Below the pieces are notes generated by a model. The model was not told where the DNA came from. It searched no databases and worked only from the letters and a program-made list of their open reading frames with translations. Below, one piece after another: positions 41,724 to 55,952 of a DNA stretch of 64,000 nucleotides. The position numbers and the translations under genes were made by a program. How positions within the stretch are numbered: the stretch's first letter is position 1; each line of letters opens with the position of its first letter. This stretch comes from Escherichia coli (GTDB lineage: Bacteria; Pseudomonadota; Gammaproteobacteria; Enterobacterales; Enterobacteriaceae): the NCBI RefSeq assembly GCF_030013205.1, contig NZ_CP122648.1; one strand, written 5' to 3'.

Positions 41724-43226
41724 ATGAGCGAACCCCTGTTAATTGCCCGCACGCCGGACACAGAACTGTTTTTACTGCCGGGAATGGCTAACCGTCACGG
41801 GCTGATTACTGGCGCAACGGGGACGGGTAAAACTGTCACGCTGCAAAAACTGGCGGAGTCTCTATCGGAAATCGGCGTGCCGGTGTTTATGGCCGATGTG
41901 AAAGGCGATCTGACCGGTATCGCGCAGGCAGGAACGGCGTCGGAAAAACTGCTCGCAAGGCTTAAAAATATCGGCGTAAATGACTGGCAACCGCATGCTA
42001 ATCCGGTGGTGGTGTGGGATATCTTTGGCGAGAAAGGCCATCCGGTGCGGGCGACGGTTTCGGATCTGGGGCCGCTGTTGCTGGCGCGGCTGTTGAATCT
42101 CAACGATGTGCAATCTGGCGTGCTGAATATCATCTTCCGAATTGCTGACGATCAGGGGCTGTTACTGCTCGACTTTAAAGATCTGCGGGCGATTACCCAG
42201 TACATCGGCGATAACGCCAAATCTTTCCAGAATCAGTACGGAAATATCAGTAGCGCATCGGTTGGTGCCATCCAGCGCGGGCTGTTGTCGCTGGAACAGC
42301 AAGGCGCAGCACACTTCTTTGGTGAGCCGATGCTGGATATCAAAGACTTGATGCGCACCGATGCCAACGGTAAAGGCGTTATTAATATCCTCAGCGCCGA
42401 GAAGCTTTATCAGATGCCGAAACTGTACGCCGCCAGCCTGCTGTGGATGATTTCAGAGTTGTATGAACAATTGCCGGAAGCGGGCGATCTGGAGAAGCCA
42501 AAACTGGTGTTTTTCTTCGACGAAGCACATCTGCTGTTTAACGATGCACCGCAGGTACTGCTGGATAAGATTGAGCAGGTGATAAGGCTTATTCGCTCAA
42601 AAGGCGTGGGCGTCTGGTTCGTTTCGCAAAACCCGTCTGATATTCCGGATAATGTGCTCGGCCAGCTCGGTAATCGCGTTCAGCACGCTTTGCGGGCTTT
42701 TACGCCAAAAGATCAGAAAGCGGTAAAAGCTGCGGCGCAAACCATGCGGGCCAATCCGGCGTTTGATACCGAAAAGGCAATCCAGGAACTGGGGACCGGC
42801 GAGGCGTTAATCTCGTTTCTCGATGCAAAAGGAAGTCCTTCTGTGGTGGAACGGGCGATGGTGATTGCGCCTTGTTCGCGGATGGGACCGGTGACGGAAG
42901 ATGAGCGCAATGGCTTGATTAACCACTCCCCGGTGTATGGCAAGTACGAGGATGACGTGGACCGGGAATCCGCCTATGAGATGTTGCAAAAAGGCGTACA
43001 GGCGAGTATTGAACAGCAAAATAATCCTCCAGCGAAAGGGAAAGAGATAGCGGTAGATGACGGCATTCTTGGTGGATTGAAGGATATTTTGTTCGGCACT
43101 ACCGGACCACGCGGCGGGAAGAAAGATGGTGTGGTGCAGACAATGGCCAAAAGCGCCGCTCGCCAGGTGACGAATCAGATTGTACGCGGGATGTTGGGGA
43201 GTTTGCTGGGAGGGAGAAGAAGGTAA
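41724..43226 (+). CDS. yjgR: DUF853 P-loop NTPase YjgR
   Basis: [45 protein letters not shown]..., 500 aa with a Walker A motif. Confidence 0.92.
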   Translation: MSEPLLIARTPDTELFLLPGMANRHGLITGATGTGKTVTLQKLAESLSEIGVPVFMADVKGDLTGIAQAGTASEKLLARLKNIGVNDWQPHANPVVVWDIFGEKGHPVRATVSDLGPLLLARLLNLNDVQSGVLNIIFRIADDQGLLLLDFKDLRAITQYIGDNAKSFQNQYGNISSASVGAIQRGLLSLEQQGAAHFFGEPMLDIKDLMRTDANGKGVINILSAEKLYQMPKLYAASLLWMISELYEQLPEAGDLEKPKLVFFFDEAHLLFNDAPQVLLDKIEQVIRLIRSKGVGVWFVSQNPSDIPDNVLGQLGNRVQHALRAFTPKDQKAVKAAAQTMRANPAFDTEKAIQELGTGEALISFLDAKGSPSVVERAMVIAPCSRMGPVTEDERNGLINHSPVYGKYEDDVDRESAYEMLQKGVQASIEQQNNPPAKGKEIAVDDGILGGLKDILFGTTGPRGGKKDGVVQTMAKSAARQVTNQIVRGMLGSLLGGRRR

Positions 43227-43240
43227 GTCAGGCGCGATCT

Positions 43241-43281
43241 GTCCCCCTCACCCTAACCCTCTCCCCAAAGGGGCGAGGGGA
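43241..43281. repeat. GC-rich imperfect palindrome (boxC-type intergenic repeat) between yjgR and lptG
   Basis: GTCCCCCTCACCCTAACCCTCTCCCCAAAGGGGCGAGGGGAC. The outer arms GTCCCC..TC and GAGGGGAC pair. It resembles the boxC family as I recall it. Confidence 0.55.
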
Positions 43282-43344
43282 CCGATCGAACTCGTATTTG
43301 ACTTTATCAACAATGTGAAAGGGAGCTTTCGCTCCCTTGCTTGG

Positions 43345-44427
43345 TTACGATTTTCTCATTAACAGCCACAGGCTGATTAAGAAGAAGCTGGCGCTTGGCA
43401 ACAGTGCGCCGATAATCGGCGGGATGCCGTAAACCAACGTCAGCGGGCCGAAGATCTGGTCCAGTACGTAGAAGACAAAACCGAAGCTGATACCGGTGAC
43501 CACACGCACGCCCATCGGTACGCTACGCAGTGGGCCAAAGATGAACGACAGCGCCATCAGCATCATCACCGCCACGGATAGCGGCTGGAAGATTTTGCTC
43601 CACATATTGAGCTGATAACGTCCGGCATCCTGACCGCTCGACTTCAGATACTTCACGTAGTTGTGCAAACCGCTGATTGAGAGTGCATCCGGGTCCAGCG
43701 CCACCACGCCCAGTTTGTCTGGCGTGAGGTTGGTTTTCCAGGTGCCGCTCACCGTCTGCGAACCGGTGATCTGTTTCGGATTGGTCAGATCAGATTCATC
43801 AACCTGCGACAGACGCCAGACTTTATGTTCCGGGTCAAACTTCGCAGTAGCGGCATAGCGTACGGATTGCAGACGACGATTTTCGTTAAAGGCATAAATG
43901 CTGATGCCACCTAACTCTTCGTCACCTTTAACCCGCTCAATGTAGACGAAGTTGTTGCCATCTTTCGCCCATAAGCCTTGCTGGGTAGAGAGCAACGAGC
44001 CGCCGTACATCGCCTGCGCACGGTAGTTACGCGCCATCTGCTCGCCCTGCGGCGCGACCCATTCGCCAATCGCCATCGTCAGCAAGACCAGCGGAATGGC
44101 GGTTTTCATCACCGACAGCGCCACCTGCATACGGGTAAAACCAGAAGCCTGCATCACCACCAGTTCGCTGCGCTGCGCCAGCATCCCAAGACCAAGCAAC
44201 GCCCCAAGCAGAGCCGCCATCGGGAAGAAGATTTGCACATCTTTCGGCACGCTCAGCAAGGTATACATTCCTGCGCCTAACGCGTCGTAACTCCCCTGCC
44301 CGGCTTTTTTCAACTGATCGACAAATTTGATAATGCCCGACAGCGACACCAGCATGAACAGCGTCATCATGATGGTGGTGAAAATAGTTTTACCGATATA
44401 GCGGTCAAGTACGCCAAAAGGTTGCAT
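43345..44427 (-). CDS. lptG: LPS export ABC permease LptG
   Basis: MQPFGVLDRYIGKTIFTTIMMTLFMLVSLSGIIKFVDQL..., 360 aa. The track ORF includes one extra Met. Confidence 0.95.
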   Translation of the reverse strand: MQPFGVLDRYIGKTIFTTIMMTLFMLVSLSGIIKFVDQLKKAGQGSYDALGAGMYTLLSVPKDVQIFFPMAALLGALLGLGMLAQRSELVVMQASGFTRMQVALSVMKTAIPLVLLTMAIGEWVAPQGEQMARNYRAQAMYGGSLLSTQQGLWAKDGNNFVYIERVKGDEELGGISIYAFNENRRLQSVRYAATAKFDPEHKVWRLSQVDESDLTNPKQITGSQTVSGTWKTNLTPDKLGVVALDPDALSISGLHNYVKYLKSSGQDAGRYQLNMWSKIFQPLSVAVMMLMALSFIFGPLRSVPMGVRVVTGISFGFVFYVLDQIFGPLTLVYGIPPIIGALLPSASFFLISLWLLMRKS

Positions 44428-45527
44428 CACACCGCTCCTTTACGCGAAAAACTGGCGCGCAGGCGGCGGACCGGCACGGTGTCCCAAAGGTTGAGAACAA
44501 TCGCCAAAGCCAGATAAATCAGGTTAACGGTCCACATCCACAGCGTCGGGTCCAGCTTACCTTTACCGCCGTTCGATTTCAGGGAGGTCTGGATCAGGAA
44601 GAAAAGTAGATACAGCAGCATGGCTGGCAGCATCGACAGTACGCGTCCCTGACGTGGGTTAACCACGCTCAGCGGTACGACCATAAGTGCCATCATAAAC
44701 ACGGTGAATACCAACGTGATACGCCAGTTCAGTTCTGCGCGAGCACGATCGGTGTCAGTGTTCCACAATGTGCACATGTCCATCTGGTCGGTATCGTTCG
44801 GGTCGAGCGCCACCGCCTGGTGACCAATGATCGCCTGATAATCCTGGAAATCCGTAATGCGGAAATCACGTAACAGTGCAGTGCCTTCGAAGCGCGTTCC
44901 CTGGTTGAGAGTGACGACCTGGGAGCCGTCGCGCAGCTGGGTTAAATGTCCGGAATCGGCCACCACCACAGAAGGACGTGCATTACCTTTTGGTCGAATT
45001 TGTGCGAGGAACACATCTTTGAAATCGCTGCCGTCAACGCTTTCGATGAACAGCACCGAGCTGCCATTAGTCGCTTGCTGGAATTGCCCTTGCGCCAGCG
45101 CCGCCATGCCAGGGTTCGCTTTCGCTTCTGCTAACACTTCATCCTGATGACGCGATGACCACGGTCCCGCCCACATCACGTTAACCGCCGCGACGATTGC
45201 CGTGAATACCGCAAGGATCATTGCCGCTTTCACCAGAACCGCTTTGCTCAGGCCGCAGGCATGCATTACCGTAATTTCACTTTCGGTATACAGTTTGCCC
45301 AGCGTCATCAGCAGCCCGAGGAACAGGCTTAATGGCAGGATAAGCTGCGCCATTTCCGGCACGCCCAACCCGAGAAGGGAGAGCACCAGATTCGCCGGAA
45401 TATCGCCGTCAACCGCTGCGCCGAGGATCCTCACTAACTTTTGACAGAAGAAGATCAAAAGCAAGATGAAGAGTATCGCCAGCTGGCTTTTGAGCGTCTC
45501 CCGCACCAGATATCTTATGATTATCAC
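44427..45527 (-). CDS. lptF: LPS export ABC permease LptF
   Basis: 366-aa ORF MIIIRYLVRETLKSQLAILFILLLIFFCQKLVRILG.... Its stop overlaps the lptG start. Confidence 0.95.
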   Translation of the reverse strand: MIIIRYLVRETLKSQLAILFILLLIFFCQKLVRILGAAVDGDIPANLVLSLLGLGVPEMAQLILPLSLFLGLLMTLGKLYTESEITVMHACGLSKAVLVKAAMILAVFTAIVAAVNVMWAGPWSSRHQDEVLAEAKANPGMAALAQGQFQQATNGSSVLFIESVDGSDFKDVFLAQIRPKGNARPSVVVADSGHLTQLRDGSQVVTLNQGTRFEGTALLRDFRITDFQDYQAIIGHQAVALDPNDTDQMDMCTLWNTDTDRARAELNWRITLVFTVFMMALMVVPLSVVNPRQGRVLSMLPAMLLYLLFFLIQTSLKSNGGKGKLDPTLWMWTVNLIYLALAIVLNLWDTVPVRRLRASFSRKGAV

Positions 45528-45790
45528 TTTAAATACGCCCGTAAAAACTCGTCTTTTGCAGGATTTTAGCTTGTTTCATGGCTTAAACGTCATTTATTCT
45601 CTTGAGTCGTCGAAATCGTCGCTAAGATAATTATACTCAACGGATTCACCTCTCAGATTTTGTTCTGACGTGCCAATGCCGTAATAACGTTAAGATTAAC
45701 ACGAAGTCATCGCAACAGCGGACATGAGTTACGAAAGCTTGCAATTCTATCTGTAGCCACCGCCGTTGTCTTTAAGATTCAGGAGCGTAG

Positions 45791-47305
<1,515 letters not shown>

Positions 47306-47306
47306 T

Positions 47307-47628
<322 letters not shown>

Positions 47629-47658
47629 TATTTAAATCCACCACAAGAAGCCCCATTT

Positions 47659-48102
47659 ATGAAAAACGCGACGTTCTACCTTCTGGACAATGACACCACC
47701 GTCGATGGCTTAAGCGCCGTTGAGCAACTGGTGTGTGAAATTGCCGCAGAACGTTGGCGCAGCGGTAAGCGCGTGCTCATCGCCTGTGAAGATGAAAAGC
47801 AGGCTTACCGGCTGGATGAAGCCCTGTGGGCGCGTCCGGCAGAAAGCTTTGTTCCGCATAATTTAGCGGGAGAAGGACCGCGTGGCGGTGCGCCGGTGGA
47901 GATCGCCTGGCCGCAAAAACGCAGCAGCAGCCCGCGCGATATATTGATTAGTCTGCGAACATGCTTTGCAGATTTTGCCACCGCTTTCACAGAAGTGGTA
48001 GACTTCGTTCCTTATGAAGATTCTCTGAAACAACTGGCGCGCGAACGCTATAAAGCCTACCGCGTGGCTGGTTTCAACCTGAATACGGCAACCTGGAAAT
48101 AA
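47659..48102 (+). CDS. holC: DNA polymerase III chi subunit
   Basis: 147-aa [49 protein letters not shown].... Confidence 0.95.
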
Positions 48103-50957
48103 TGGAAAAGACATATAACCCACAAGATATCGAACAGCCGCTTTACGAGCACTGGGAAAAGCAGGGCTACTTTAAGCCTAATGGCGATGAAAGCCAGGAA
48201 AGTTTCTGCATCATGATCCCGCCGCCGAACGTCACCGGCAGTTTGCATATGGGTCACGCCTTCCAGCAAACCATCATGGATACCATGATCCGCTATCAGC
48301 GCATGCAGGGCAAAAACACCCTGTGGCAGGTCGGTACTGACCACGCCGGGATCGCTACCCAGATGGTCGTTGAGCGCAAGATTGCCGCAGAAGAAGGTAA
48401 AACCCGTCACGACTACGGCCGCGAAGCTTTCATCGACAAAATCTGGGAATGGAAAGCGGAATCCGGCGGCACGATTACCCGTCAGATGCGCCGTCTCGGC
48501 AACTCCGTCGACTGGGAGCGTGAACGCTTCACGATGGACGAAGGCCTGTCCAATGCGGTGAAAGAAGTTTTCGTTCGTCTGTATAAAGAAGACCTGATTT
48601 ACCGTGGCAAACGCCTGGTAAACTGGGACCCGAAACTGCGCACCGCTATCTCTGACCTGGAAGTGGAAAACCGCGAATCGAAAGGTTCGATGTGGCACAT
48701 CCGCTATCCGCTGGCTGACGGTGCGAAAACCGCAGACGGTAAAGATTACCTGGTGGTTGCGACTACCCGTCCGGAAACCCTGCTGGGCGATACCGGTGTA
48801 GCCGTTAACCCGGAAGATCCGCGTTACAAAGACCTGATTGGCAAATATGTCATTCTACCGCTGGTTAACCGTCGTATTCCGATCGTTGGCGACGAACACG
48901 CCGACATGGAAAAAGGCACCGGCTGCGTGAAGATCACCCCGGCGCACGACTTTAACGACTATGAAGTCGGTAAACGTCACGCCCTGCCGATGATCAACAT
49001 CCTGACCTTTGACGGCGATATCCGTGAAAGCGCCCAGGTGTTCGATACCAAAGGTAACGAATCTGACGTTTATTCCAGCGAGATCCCGGCAGAATTCCAG
49101 AAACTGGAGCGTTTTGCCGCACGTAAAGCAGTCGTTGCTGCGGTTGACGCACTCGGCCTGCTGGAAGAAATTAAACCGCACGACCTGACCGTTCCTTACG
49201 GCGACCGTGGCGGCGTAGTTATCGAACCAATGCTGACCGACCAGTGGTACGTGCGTGCCGATGTACTGGCGAAACCGGCGGTTGAAGCGGTTGAGAACGG
49301 CGACATTCAGTTCGTACCGAAGCAGTACGAAAACATGTATTTCTCCTGGATGCGCGATATTCAGGACTGGTGTATCTCTCGTCAGCTGTGGTGGGGTCAC
49401 CGTATCCCGGCATGGTATGACGAAGCGGGTAATGTTTATGTTGGCCGCAACGAAGAAGAAGTGCGCAAGGAAAATAACCTCGGTGCCGACGTTGCCCTGC
49501 GTCAGGACGAAGACGTTCTCGACACCTGGTTCTCTTCTGCGCTGTGGACCTTCTCTACCCTTGGCTGGCCGGAAAACACCGACGCCCTGCGTCAGTTCCA
49601 CCCAACCAGCGTGATGGTATCCGGCTTCGACATCATCTTCTTCTGGATTGCCCGCATGATCATGATGACCATGCACTTCATCAAAGATGAAAATGGCAAA
49701 CCGCAGGTGCCGTTCCACACTGTTTACATGACCGGTCTGATTCGTGACGACGAAGGCCAGAAAATGTCCAAATCCAAGGGTAACGTTATCGACCCGCTGG
49801 ATATGGTTGACGGTATTTCGCTGCCAGAACTGCTGGAAAAACGTACCGGCAATATGATGCAGCCGCAGCTGGCGGACAAAATCCGTAAGCGCACCGAGAA
49901 ACAGTTCCCGAACGGCATTGAGCCGCACGGCACCGATGCCCTGCGCTTCACCCTGGCGGCGCTGGCGTCTACCGGTCGTGACATCAACTGGGATATGAAG
50001 CGCCTGGAAGGTTACCGTAACTTCTGTAACAAGCTGTGGAACGCCAGCCGCTTTGTGCTGATGAACACAGAAGGTCAGGATTGCGGCTTTAACGGCGGCG
50101 AAATGACACTGTCGCTGGCGGACCGCTGGATTCTGGCAGAGTTCAACCAGACCATCAAAGCGTACCGCGAAGCGCTGGACAGCTTCCGCTTCGATATCGC
50201 TGCAGGCATTCTGTATGAGTTCACCTGGAACCAGTTCTGTGACTGGTATCTGGAGCTGACCAAGCCGGTAATGAACGGTGGCACCGAAGCCGAACTGCGC
50301 GGTACTCGCCATACGCTGGTGACTGTACTGGAAGGTCTGCTGCGCCTCGCGCATCCGATCATTCCGTTCATCACCGAAACCATCTGGCAGCGTGTGAAAG
50401 TACTTTGCGGTATCACTGCCGACACCATCATGCTGCAGCCGTTCCCGCAGTACGATGCATCTCAGGTTGATGAAGCCGCACTGGCCGACACCGAATGGCT
50501 GAAACAGGCGATCGTTGCGGTACGTAACATCCGTGCAGAAATGAACATCGCGCCGGGCAAACCGCTGGAGCTGCTGCTGCGTGGTTGCAGCGCGGATGCA
50601 GAACGTCGCGTAAATGAAAACCGTGGCTTCCTGCAAACCCTGGCGCGTCTGGAAAGCATCACCGTGCTGCCTGCCGATGACAAAGGTCCGGTTTCCGTTA
50701 CGAAGATCATCGACGGCGCAGAGCTGCTGATCCCGATGGCTGGCCTCATCAACAAAGAAGATGAGCTGGCGCGTCTGGCGAAAGAAGTGGCGAAGATCGA
50801 AGGCGAAATCAGCCGTATCGAGAACAAGCTGGCGAATGAAGGCTTTGTCGCCCGCGCACCGGAAGCGGTCATCGCGAAAGAGCGTGAGAAGCTGGAAGGC
50901 TATGCGGAAGCGAAAGCGAAGCTGATTGAACAGCAGGCTGTTATCGCCGCGCTGTAA
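48102..50957 (+). CDS. valS: Valine-tRNA ligase
   Basis: 951-aa ORF with HIGH ([12 protein letters not shown]) and KMSKS motifs and a C-terminal coiled coil. Its start overlaps the holC stop (TAATG). Confidence 0.97.
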
Positions 50958-50978
50958 TCAACACCGTGATGAAAACGA

Positions 50979-51007
50979 AGGCCGGAGAATGCTCCGGCCT
51001 TTTTTAT
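50979..51007. terminator. Rho-independent terminator after valS
   Basis: AGGCCGGAG-aatg-CTCCGGCCT is followed by TTTTTTAT. Confidence 0.85.
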
Positions 51008-51010
51008 CTC

Positions 51011-52207
51011 TTACAGAAATGGTAAAGAAGGCATAATTCCCCGTGAAATACTGGCTAAGAAGCCTTTATCTGGTTGTTCTTCTTTATTGATTAAAGGAAG
51101 GTCATCCAAATCGCCCAGCAAATACGTATTTTTTGCCTGCCAGTCAATCATCCATATTTTCAGCAGTGGATAAGCCAGACCGCCCGTAATCCCGGATATC
51201 ACTACCAACGCACACATGCGATAAAGCATACCGTGGTAAGTTAAAGTTGAGCGAAAACGAATACGCCCATCATTCAGTGACAGGTTGCTCATAAAATGAT
51301 TTCGCAACGACACCGTTAAATAACTGGTGCTAACAGCAATCCCAAAATAATAGATTAACTGCGCGATTATCATTTTACGTTGCATTTCCATAAATTGCTG
51401 TAAATTCTCAATATCATCATTTGCATACACAGAACTATCATACGCATTTAATATTTGATCGAAGATAATATAACCAGCAACAGCGAGAAAAGGTAATAAA
51501 GCTAAAAATGCGAGGATGGCATATTTTATACAATACGCAGTATCTAATTTCACCTTGAAACGATGTATACCGAAACTGGTATTGCTCCAGAGAAAACTCA
51601 TTACCAGGCTATATAAAGTACCATTAAAAATACCAATGGAAACAATACCAACTATTGCCATCAGAACCACAGATATAATAACACTACTTGAACTATTGGC
51701 ATGTAGCATCTTTGTCGAGATAAAGAAAACAGTCCCCATCCCAATGGCCATTAAAATCGGCAAGAAAAAGGTTACTCACCAGAACCCTTTCATAGAGCAA
51801 TTAAAACTAAATCTTACGCCGTTGAGACTAGTCATCAAGGCCTGATAACGCAGTCCTTTTGCTGCCATAAATATAAGCAAAACCAACAGTGACAAAGTCA
51901 AAACACAGCCAATAAGCGGCATATCTGCTGACACTGTCATTAAGATTGCGAAATAGAAAAAAACAAAAACAAGACAACTAACAAAAACATTCCCACCGGT
52001 AATCCCATAAGAAAATCGTTGTCCGTTAACCTCCATATTAGCATAGAGATAACGCTTACATTTCATTAATGCCCATGGTAAATAGATACCTAGCGTTATA
52101 ATCGTTAACAACACATTCACCACACAAATAAGAAAATATCTCTCACCTGTACCATGAAAAACAAACGAATGGGACGGAACATCCATTTCATTAATAACTT
52201 GAGCCAT
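51011..52207 (-). pseudogene. yjgN: DUF898 inner membrane protein YjgN interrupted by an in-frame TGA
   Basis: The reverse strand across 51761-51790 reads AAA GGG TTC TGG TGA GTA ACC TTT TTC TTG CCG = KGFW*VTFFLP. As I recall it, K-12 YjgN has ...KGFWWVTFFLPILMAIG..., so a TGG codon appears to have become TGA at 51776-51778. Confidence 0.8.
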
Positions 52208-52399
52208 AAAAATTCCCTGAATTAAAAAATCCATTGATATAAGTTATAGATACAGACAGTAAAATGTTCTGCCACGTTACAATACTCTTATCAGTAATAG
52301 GCTGGCAAAAACTTTATTGCTTTATAAGATGCTTGCGCACGTAAGAAGAGAGTGGTATTAAACAAATGTATAATTACTTTATTTTTATTGGGTTAAACT

Positions 52400-52903
52400 A
52401 TGAATAACATTGCGCCGCAATCACCTGTAATGCGTCGCCTGACGCTGCAGGATAATCCTGCTATTGCCCGCGTCATTCGTCAGGTATCCGCCGAATACGG
52501 TCTTACCGCTGATAAAGGCTACACCGTCGCCGATCCGAATCTTGACGAGCTGTATCAAGTGTATAGTCAGCCGGGTCATGCATATTGGGTGGTTGAGTAC
52601 GAGGGTGAAGTGGTCGGCGGCGGTGGGATTGCGCCATTAGCAGGTAGTGAATCGGACATTTGCGAACTGCAAAAGATGTATTTTCTTCCGGCTATTCGCG
52701 GTAAAGGGCTGGCGAAAAAACTGGCCTTAATGGCGATGGAGCAGGCACGAGAGATGGGCTTCAAACGCTGCTATCTGGAAACGACCGCTTTTTTAAAGGA
52801 AGCCATTGCGCTTTATGAGCATTTGGGCTTTGAGCATATCGACTATGCGCTTGGCTGCACGGGCCATGTCGATTGTGAAGTGCGGATGCTACGCGAACTC
52901 TAA
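52400..52903 (+). CDS. yjgM: GNAT family acetyltransferase YjgM
   Basis: 167-aa [38 protein letters not shown].... Confidence 0.92.
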   Translation: MNNIAPQSPVMRRLTLQDNPAIARVIRQVSAEYGLTADKGYTVADPNLDELYQVYSQPGHAYWVVEYEGEVVGGGGIAPLAGSESDICELQKMYFLPAIRGKGLAKKLALMAMEQAREMGFKRCYLETTAFLKEAIALYEHLGFEHIDYALGCTGHVDCEVRMLREL

Positions 52904-52948
52904 AAAAATGCCCGCTAGTGTGTGCTATCGGGCATTTTAATCAATTAA

Positions 52949-53365
52949 TTAGTGGCGAACCCCGTCATCGTCTTCATCGACAAAATCTTCATCGTCGCCG
53001 TCTTCGCCGTTGGGATCTTCAAAGTAAGTGCCCCAACCGTCGTACTCAACGTCAAATTTCTCCGCCAGCGTCATCAGTTGTTCAACCTGGGCATCGATCA
53101 GATCGGCATTCAACGCGCACTCGCTGAGGATGTCGCAGCAAATCACGATATCACCATCTTCAACTTCCAGCTCTTCTGGATCGGTCACTTCGTAACCGAG
53201 TTTAAACGCTTCAACTGCTGCTTTTTCCAGGGTTTCCAGATCGTCTGCGGAAAGATGGTGTTCGATGGTATACAGCGCGTCCGGATCGCTGCCATCTTCC
53301 AGTAATTCTTCAATAATCAAACGTGTTTCTTCACGCTGTTCTTCCAGTTGTTCCGGGTTTGCCAT
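52949..53365 (-). CDS. rraB: RNase E regulator RraB
   Basis: 138-aa acidic protein [38 protein letters not shown].... Confidence 0.94.
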
Positions 53366-53464
53366 GGCTCATTCCTCTTAATGTCCTGCCGATACTCTTA
53401 TTGTCACACACCACTGACATTGCCTCCACCTTTGTGACAAAGATTTATGCTTTAGACTTGCAAA

Positions 53465-53499
53465 TGAATAATCATCCATATAAATTGAATTTTAATTCA
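53465..53499. promoter_or_regulatory. Tandem ARG boxes (ArgR operator) upstream of argI
   Basis: TGAATAATCATCCA (53465-53478) and TGAATTTTAATTCA (53486-53499) both fit the TGAAT-N4-ATTCA ARG box core. Their starts are 21 bp apart, with 7 bp between the two boxes. Confidence 0.75.
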
Positions 53500-53526
53500 T
53501 TGAGGTGTTAGCCACAGGAGGGATCT

Positions 53527-54540
53527 ATGTCCGGGTTTTATCATAAGCATTTCCTGAAATTACTCGATTTCACGCCAGCTGAACTCAACAGCCTGCTGCA
53601 GTTAGCCGCGAAGCTGAAAGCCGATAAGAAAAGCGGCAAAGAAGAAGCCAAACTCACTGGTAAAAACATCGCGCTCATCTTCGAAAAAGACTCGACCCGT
53701 ACCCGATGCTCTTTCGAAGTTGCCGCATATGACCAGGGTGCTCACGTTACTTATCTCGGCCCAAGCGGCAGTCAGATTGGTCATAAAGAGTCGATTAAAG
53801 ACACTGCCCGCGTGCTGGGTCGCATGTATGACGGTATTCAGTATCGCGGCTATGGTCAGGAGATTGTCGAAACACTGGCGGAATACGCTGGCGTGCCGGT
53901 ATGGAACGGCCTGACCAATGAGTTTCACCCCACGCAGTTGCTGGCGGATCTCCTCACCATGCAGGAGCATTTACCCGGTAAAGCATTCAACGAAATGACG
54001 CTGGTCTATGCAGGTGACGCACGTAACAACATGGGCAATTCGATGCTCGAAGCTGCGGCGCTTACCGGTCTGGATTTGCGTCTGGTCGCGCCACAGGCAT
54101 GCTGGCCGGAAGCTGCGCTGGTTACGGAATGCCGCGCTCTGGCACAGCAAAATGGCGGGAATATTACGCTGACGGAAGATGTAGCTAAAGGAGTTGAAGG
54201 TGCTGACTTTATCTATACCGATGTATGGGTGTCGATGGGTGAAGCAAAAGAGAAATGGGCTGAACGCATTGCATTGCTGCGTGATTATCAAGTGAACAGC
54301 AAGATGATGCAGTTGACCGGTAACCCGGAGGTCAAATTCCTCCACTGCCTGCCCGCGTTTCATGACGACCAAACGACGCTTGGCAAGAAAATGGCGGAAG
54401 AGTTTGGCCTACATGGCGGAATGGAAGTGACTGATGAGGTCTTCGAATCTGCCGCCAGCATTGTATTTGATCAGGCGGAAAACCGCATGCATACTATCAA
54501 AGCGGTGATGGTCGCGACGCTCAGTAAATTAAATAATTAA
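53527..54540 (+). CDS. argI: Ornithine carbamoyltransferase ArgI
   Basis: 337-aa [46 protein letters not shown]... with STRTR and HCLP motifs. Confidence 0.96.
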   Translation: MSGFYHKHFLKLLDFTPAELNSLLQLAAKLKADKKSGKEEAKLTGKNIALIFEKDSTRTRCSFEVAAYDQGAHVTYLGPSGSQIGHKESIKDTARVLGRMYDGIQYRGYGQEIVETLAEYAGVPVWNGLTNEFHPTQLLADLLTMQEHLPGKAFNEMTLVYAGDARNNMGNSMLEAAALTGLDLRLVAPQACWPEAALVTECRALAQQNGGNITLTEDVAKGVEGADFIYTDVWVSMGEAKEKWAERIALLRDYQVNSKMMQLTGNPEVKFLHCLPAFHDDQTTLGKKMAEEFGLHGGMEVTDEVFESAASIVFDQAENRMHTIKAVMVATLSKLNN

Positions 54541-54552
54541 TATCTCTATCAA

Positions 54553-54584
54553 GATGCCGGGAAATACAAAAACATCCCGGCATC
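54553..54584. terminator. Hairpin between convergent argI and yjgL (bidirectional terminator)
   Basis: GATGCCGGGA-aatacaaaaaca-TCCCGGCATC forms a 10-bp perfect stem. Confidence 0.7.
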
Positions 54585-54700
54585 ACATTATTTTATGCAG
54601 TGATAGTTTTTTTCTTCCAGCCAAATTTTTCTATTGCTATACGTAAATTTTCCGGAGGATTTAATTTTCCCAACTGTTCATTATTAATATATTCATATAT

Positions 54701-55433
54701 TCATATATTTATATATTTATATATATTGATTTTGCCATTCCGGAGGATTTTCATCATTCTTGTTCTAATTTTTAATTCATTACCCATCTTTTCTTCAAAA
54801 ATCTTAATGACATAACCCGGAAGTTTTTTTACAATTTCATTTGTTTTTTCTTCATTACCATAAACATATCCTAACTCATTAAGATACAGCTGTTCGCCCT
54901 CATACTTCTTAATTAATTGATAGAAGTACCACTTCGCAAAATCAGGTTGCTTCATGAAAAAATCCTTCAAAAAAATATCATTTACTAAAATACTGACAGG
55001 CACTTCATTAAATAGCAACTTAACATCATCAAATAACCTTAGTATTAAGCGTGATTTTTCTTGATTGCTTAAGTTAAAATTATTGACATATACAACCAAC
55101 TTCTCCCAAATCAATTCCTGTAACTCAGGGCTGTTTTTATAGGGTTCTTTATTGAGGTTGAAAAATAATGTCTCAGCTATTTTAGACTGATCGCAGTTAA
55201 AATCAATATGATCGATCACGGAGCGGGCATGCTTTATCGTTATAGTATCATCAGAATATTGCATACTTTGATTAAAACACCACTCCAGAATTTTTACATC
55301 ATTAATATATGGCAATTTTAAAAAAGTCTTCAACATCGAATCGATGACCTTTTCGAGATTAACTTTTGCATCATCTAAGGAATCAATAAGAATATTAGAC
55401 AGGTTAATTTTGATGTTATTAATTTCATCATTA
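54701..55433 (-). pseudogene. yjgL: yjgL-like gene, 3' part (downstream of the IS1 insertion)
   Basis: The reading frame ...PNDEINNIKINLSNILIDSLDD... continues in phase from the 5' part once IS1 and one copy of the 8-bp duplication are removed. The symbol is assigned from the position between argI and tabA. Confidence 0.7.
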
Positions 55434-55448
55434 GGTAATGACTCCAAC

Positions 55449-55952
55449 TTACTGATAGTGTTTTATGTTCAGATAATGCCCGATGACCTTGTCATGCAGC
55501 TCCACCGATTTTGAGAACGACAGTGACTTCCGTCCCAGCCTTGCCAGATGTTGTCTCAGATTCAGGTTATGCCGCTCAATGCGCTGAGTATAACGCTTGC
55601 TGATAACGTGCAGCTTTCCCTTCAGGCGTGATTCATACAGCGGCCAGCCATCCGTCATCCATACCACGACCTCAAAGGCCGACAGCAGGCTCAGAAGACG
55701 CTCCAGTGTGGCCAGAGTGCGTTCACCGAAGACGTGCGCCACAACCGTCCTCCGCATCCTGTCATACGCGTAAAACAGCCAGCGCTGACGTGATTTAGCA
55801 CCGACGTAGCCCCACTGTTCGTCCATTTCAGCGCAGACAATCACATCACTGCCCGGTTGTATGCGCGAGGTTACCGACTGCGGCCTGAGTTTTTTAAGTG
55901 GCGGAAAATCGTGTTGAGGCCAACGCCAATAATGCGTGCACTGGCGCGACAT
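55449..55952 (-). CDS. insB: IS1 InsB reading frame (expressed as the InsAB' frameshift fusion)
   Basis: 167-aa ORF ...[54 protein letters not shown].... Confidence 0.9.
   Translation of the reverse strand: MSRQCTHYWRWPQHDFPPLKKLRPQSVTSRIQPGSDVIVCAEMDEQWGYVGAKSRQRWLFYAYDRMRRTVVAHVFGERTLATLERLLSLLSAFEVVVWMTDGWPLYESRLKGKLHVISKRYTQRIERHNLNLRQHLARLGRKSLSFSKSVELHDKVIGHYLNIKHYQ

Noticed and set aside
48855-50636. 593-aa ORF on the minus strand
   Set aside because: It lies entirely antisense to valS, which has clear HIGH/KMSKS motifs. The translation is low-complexity and rich in R, V and F, as is typical of shadow frames of highly expressed genes.
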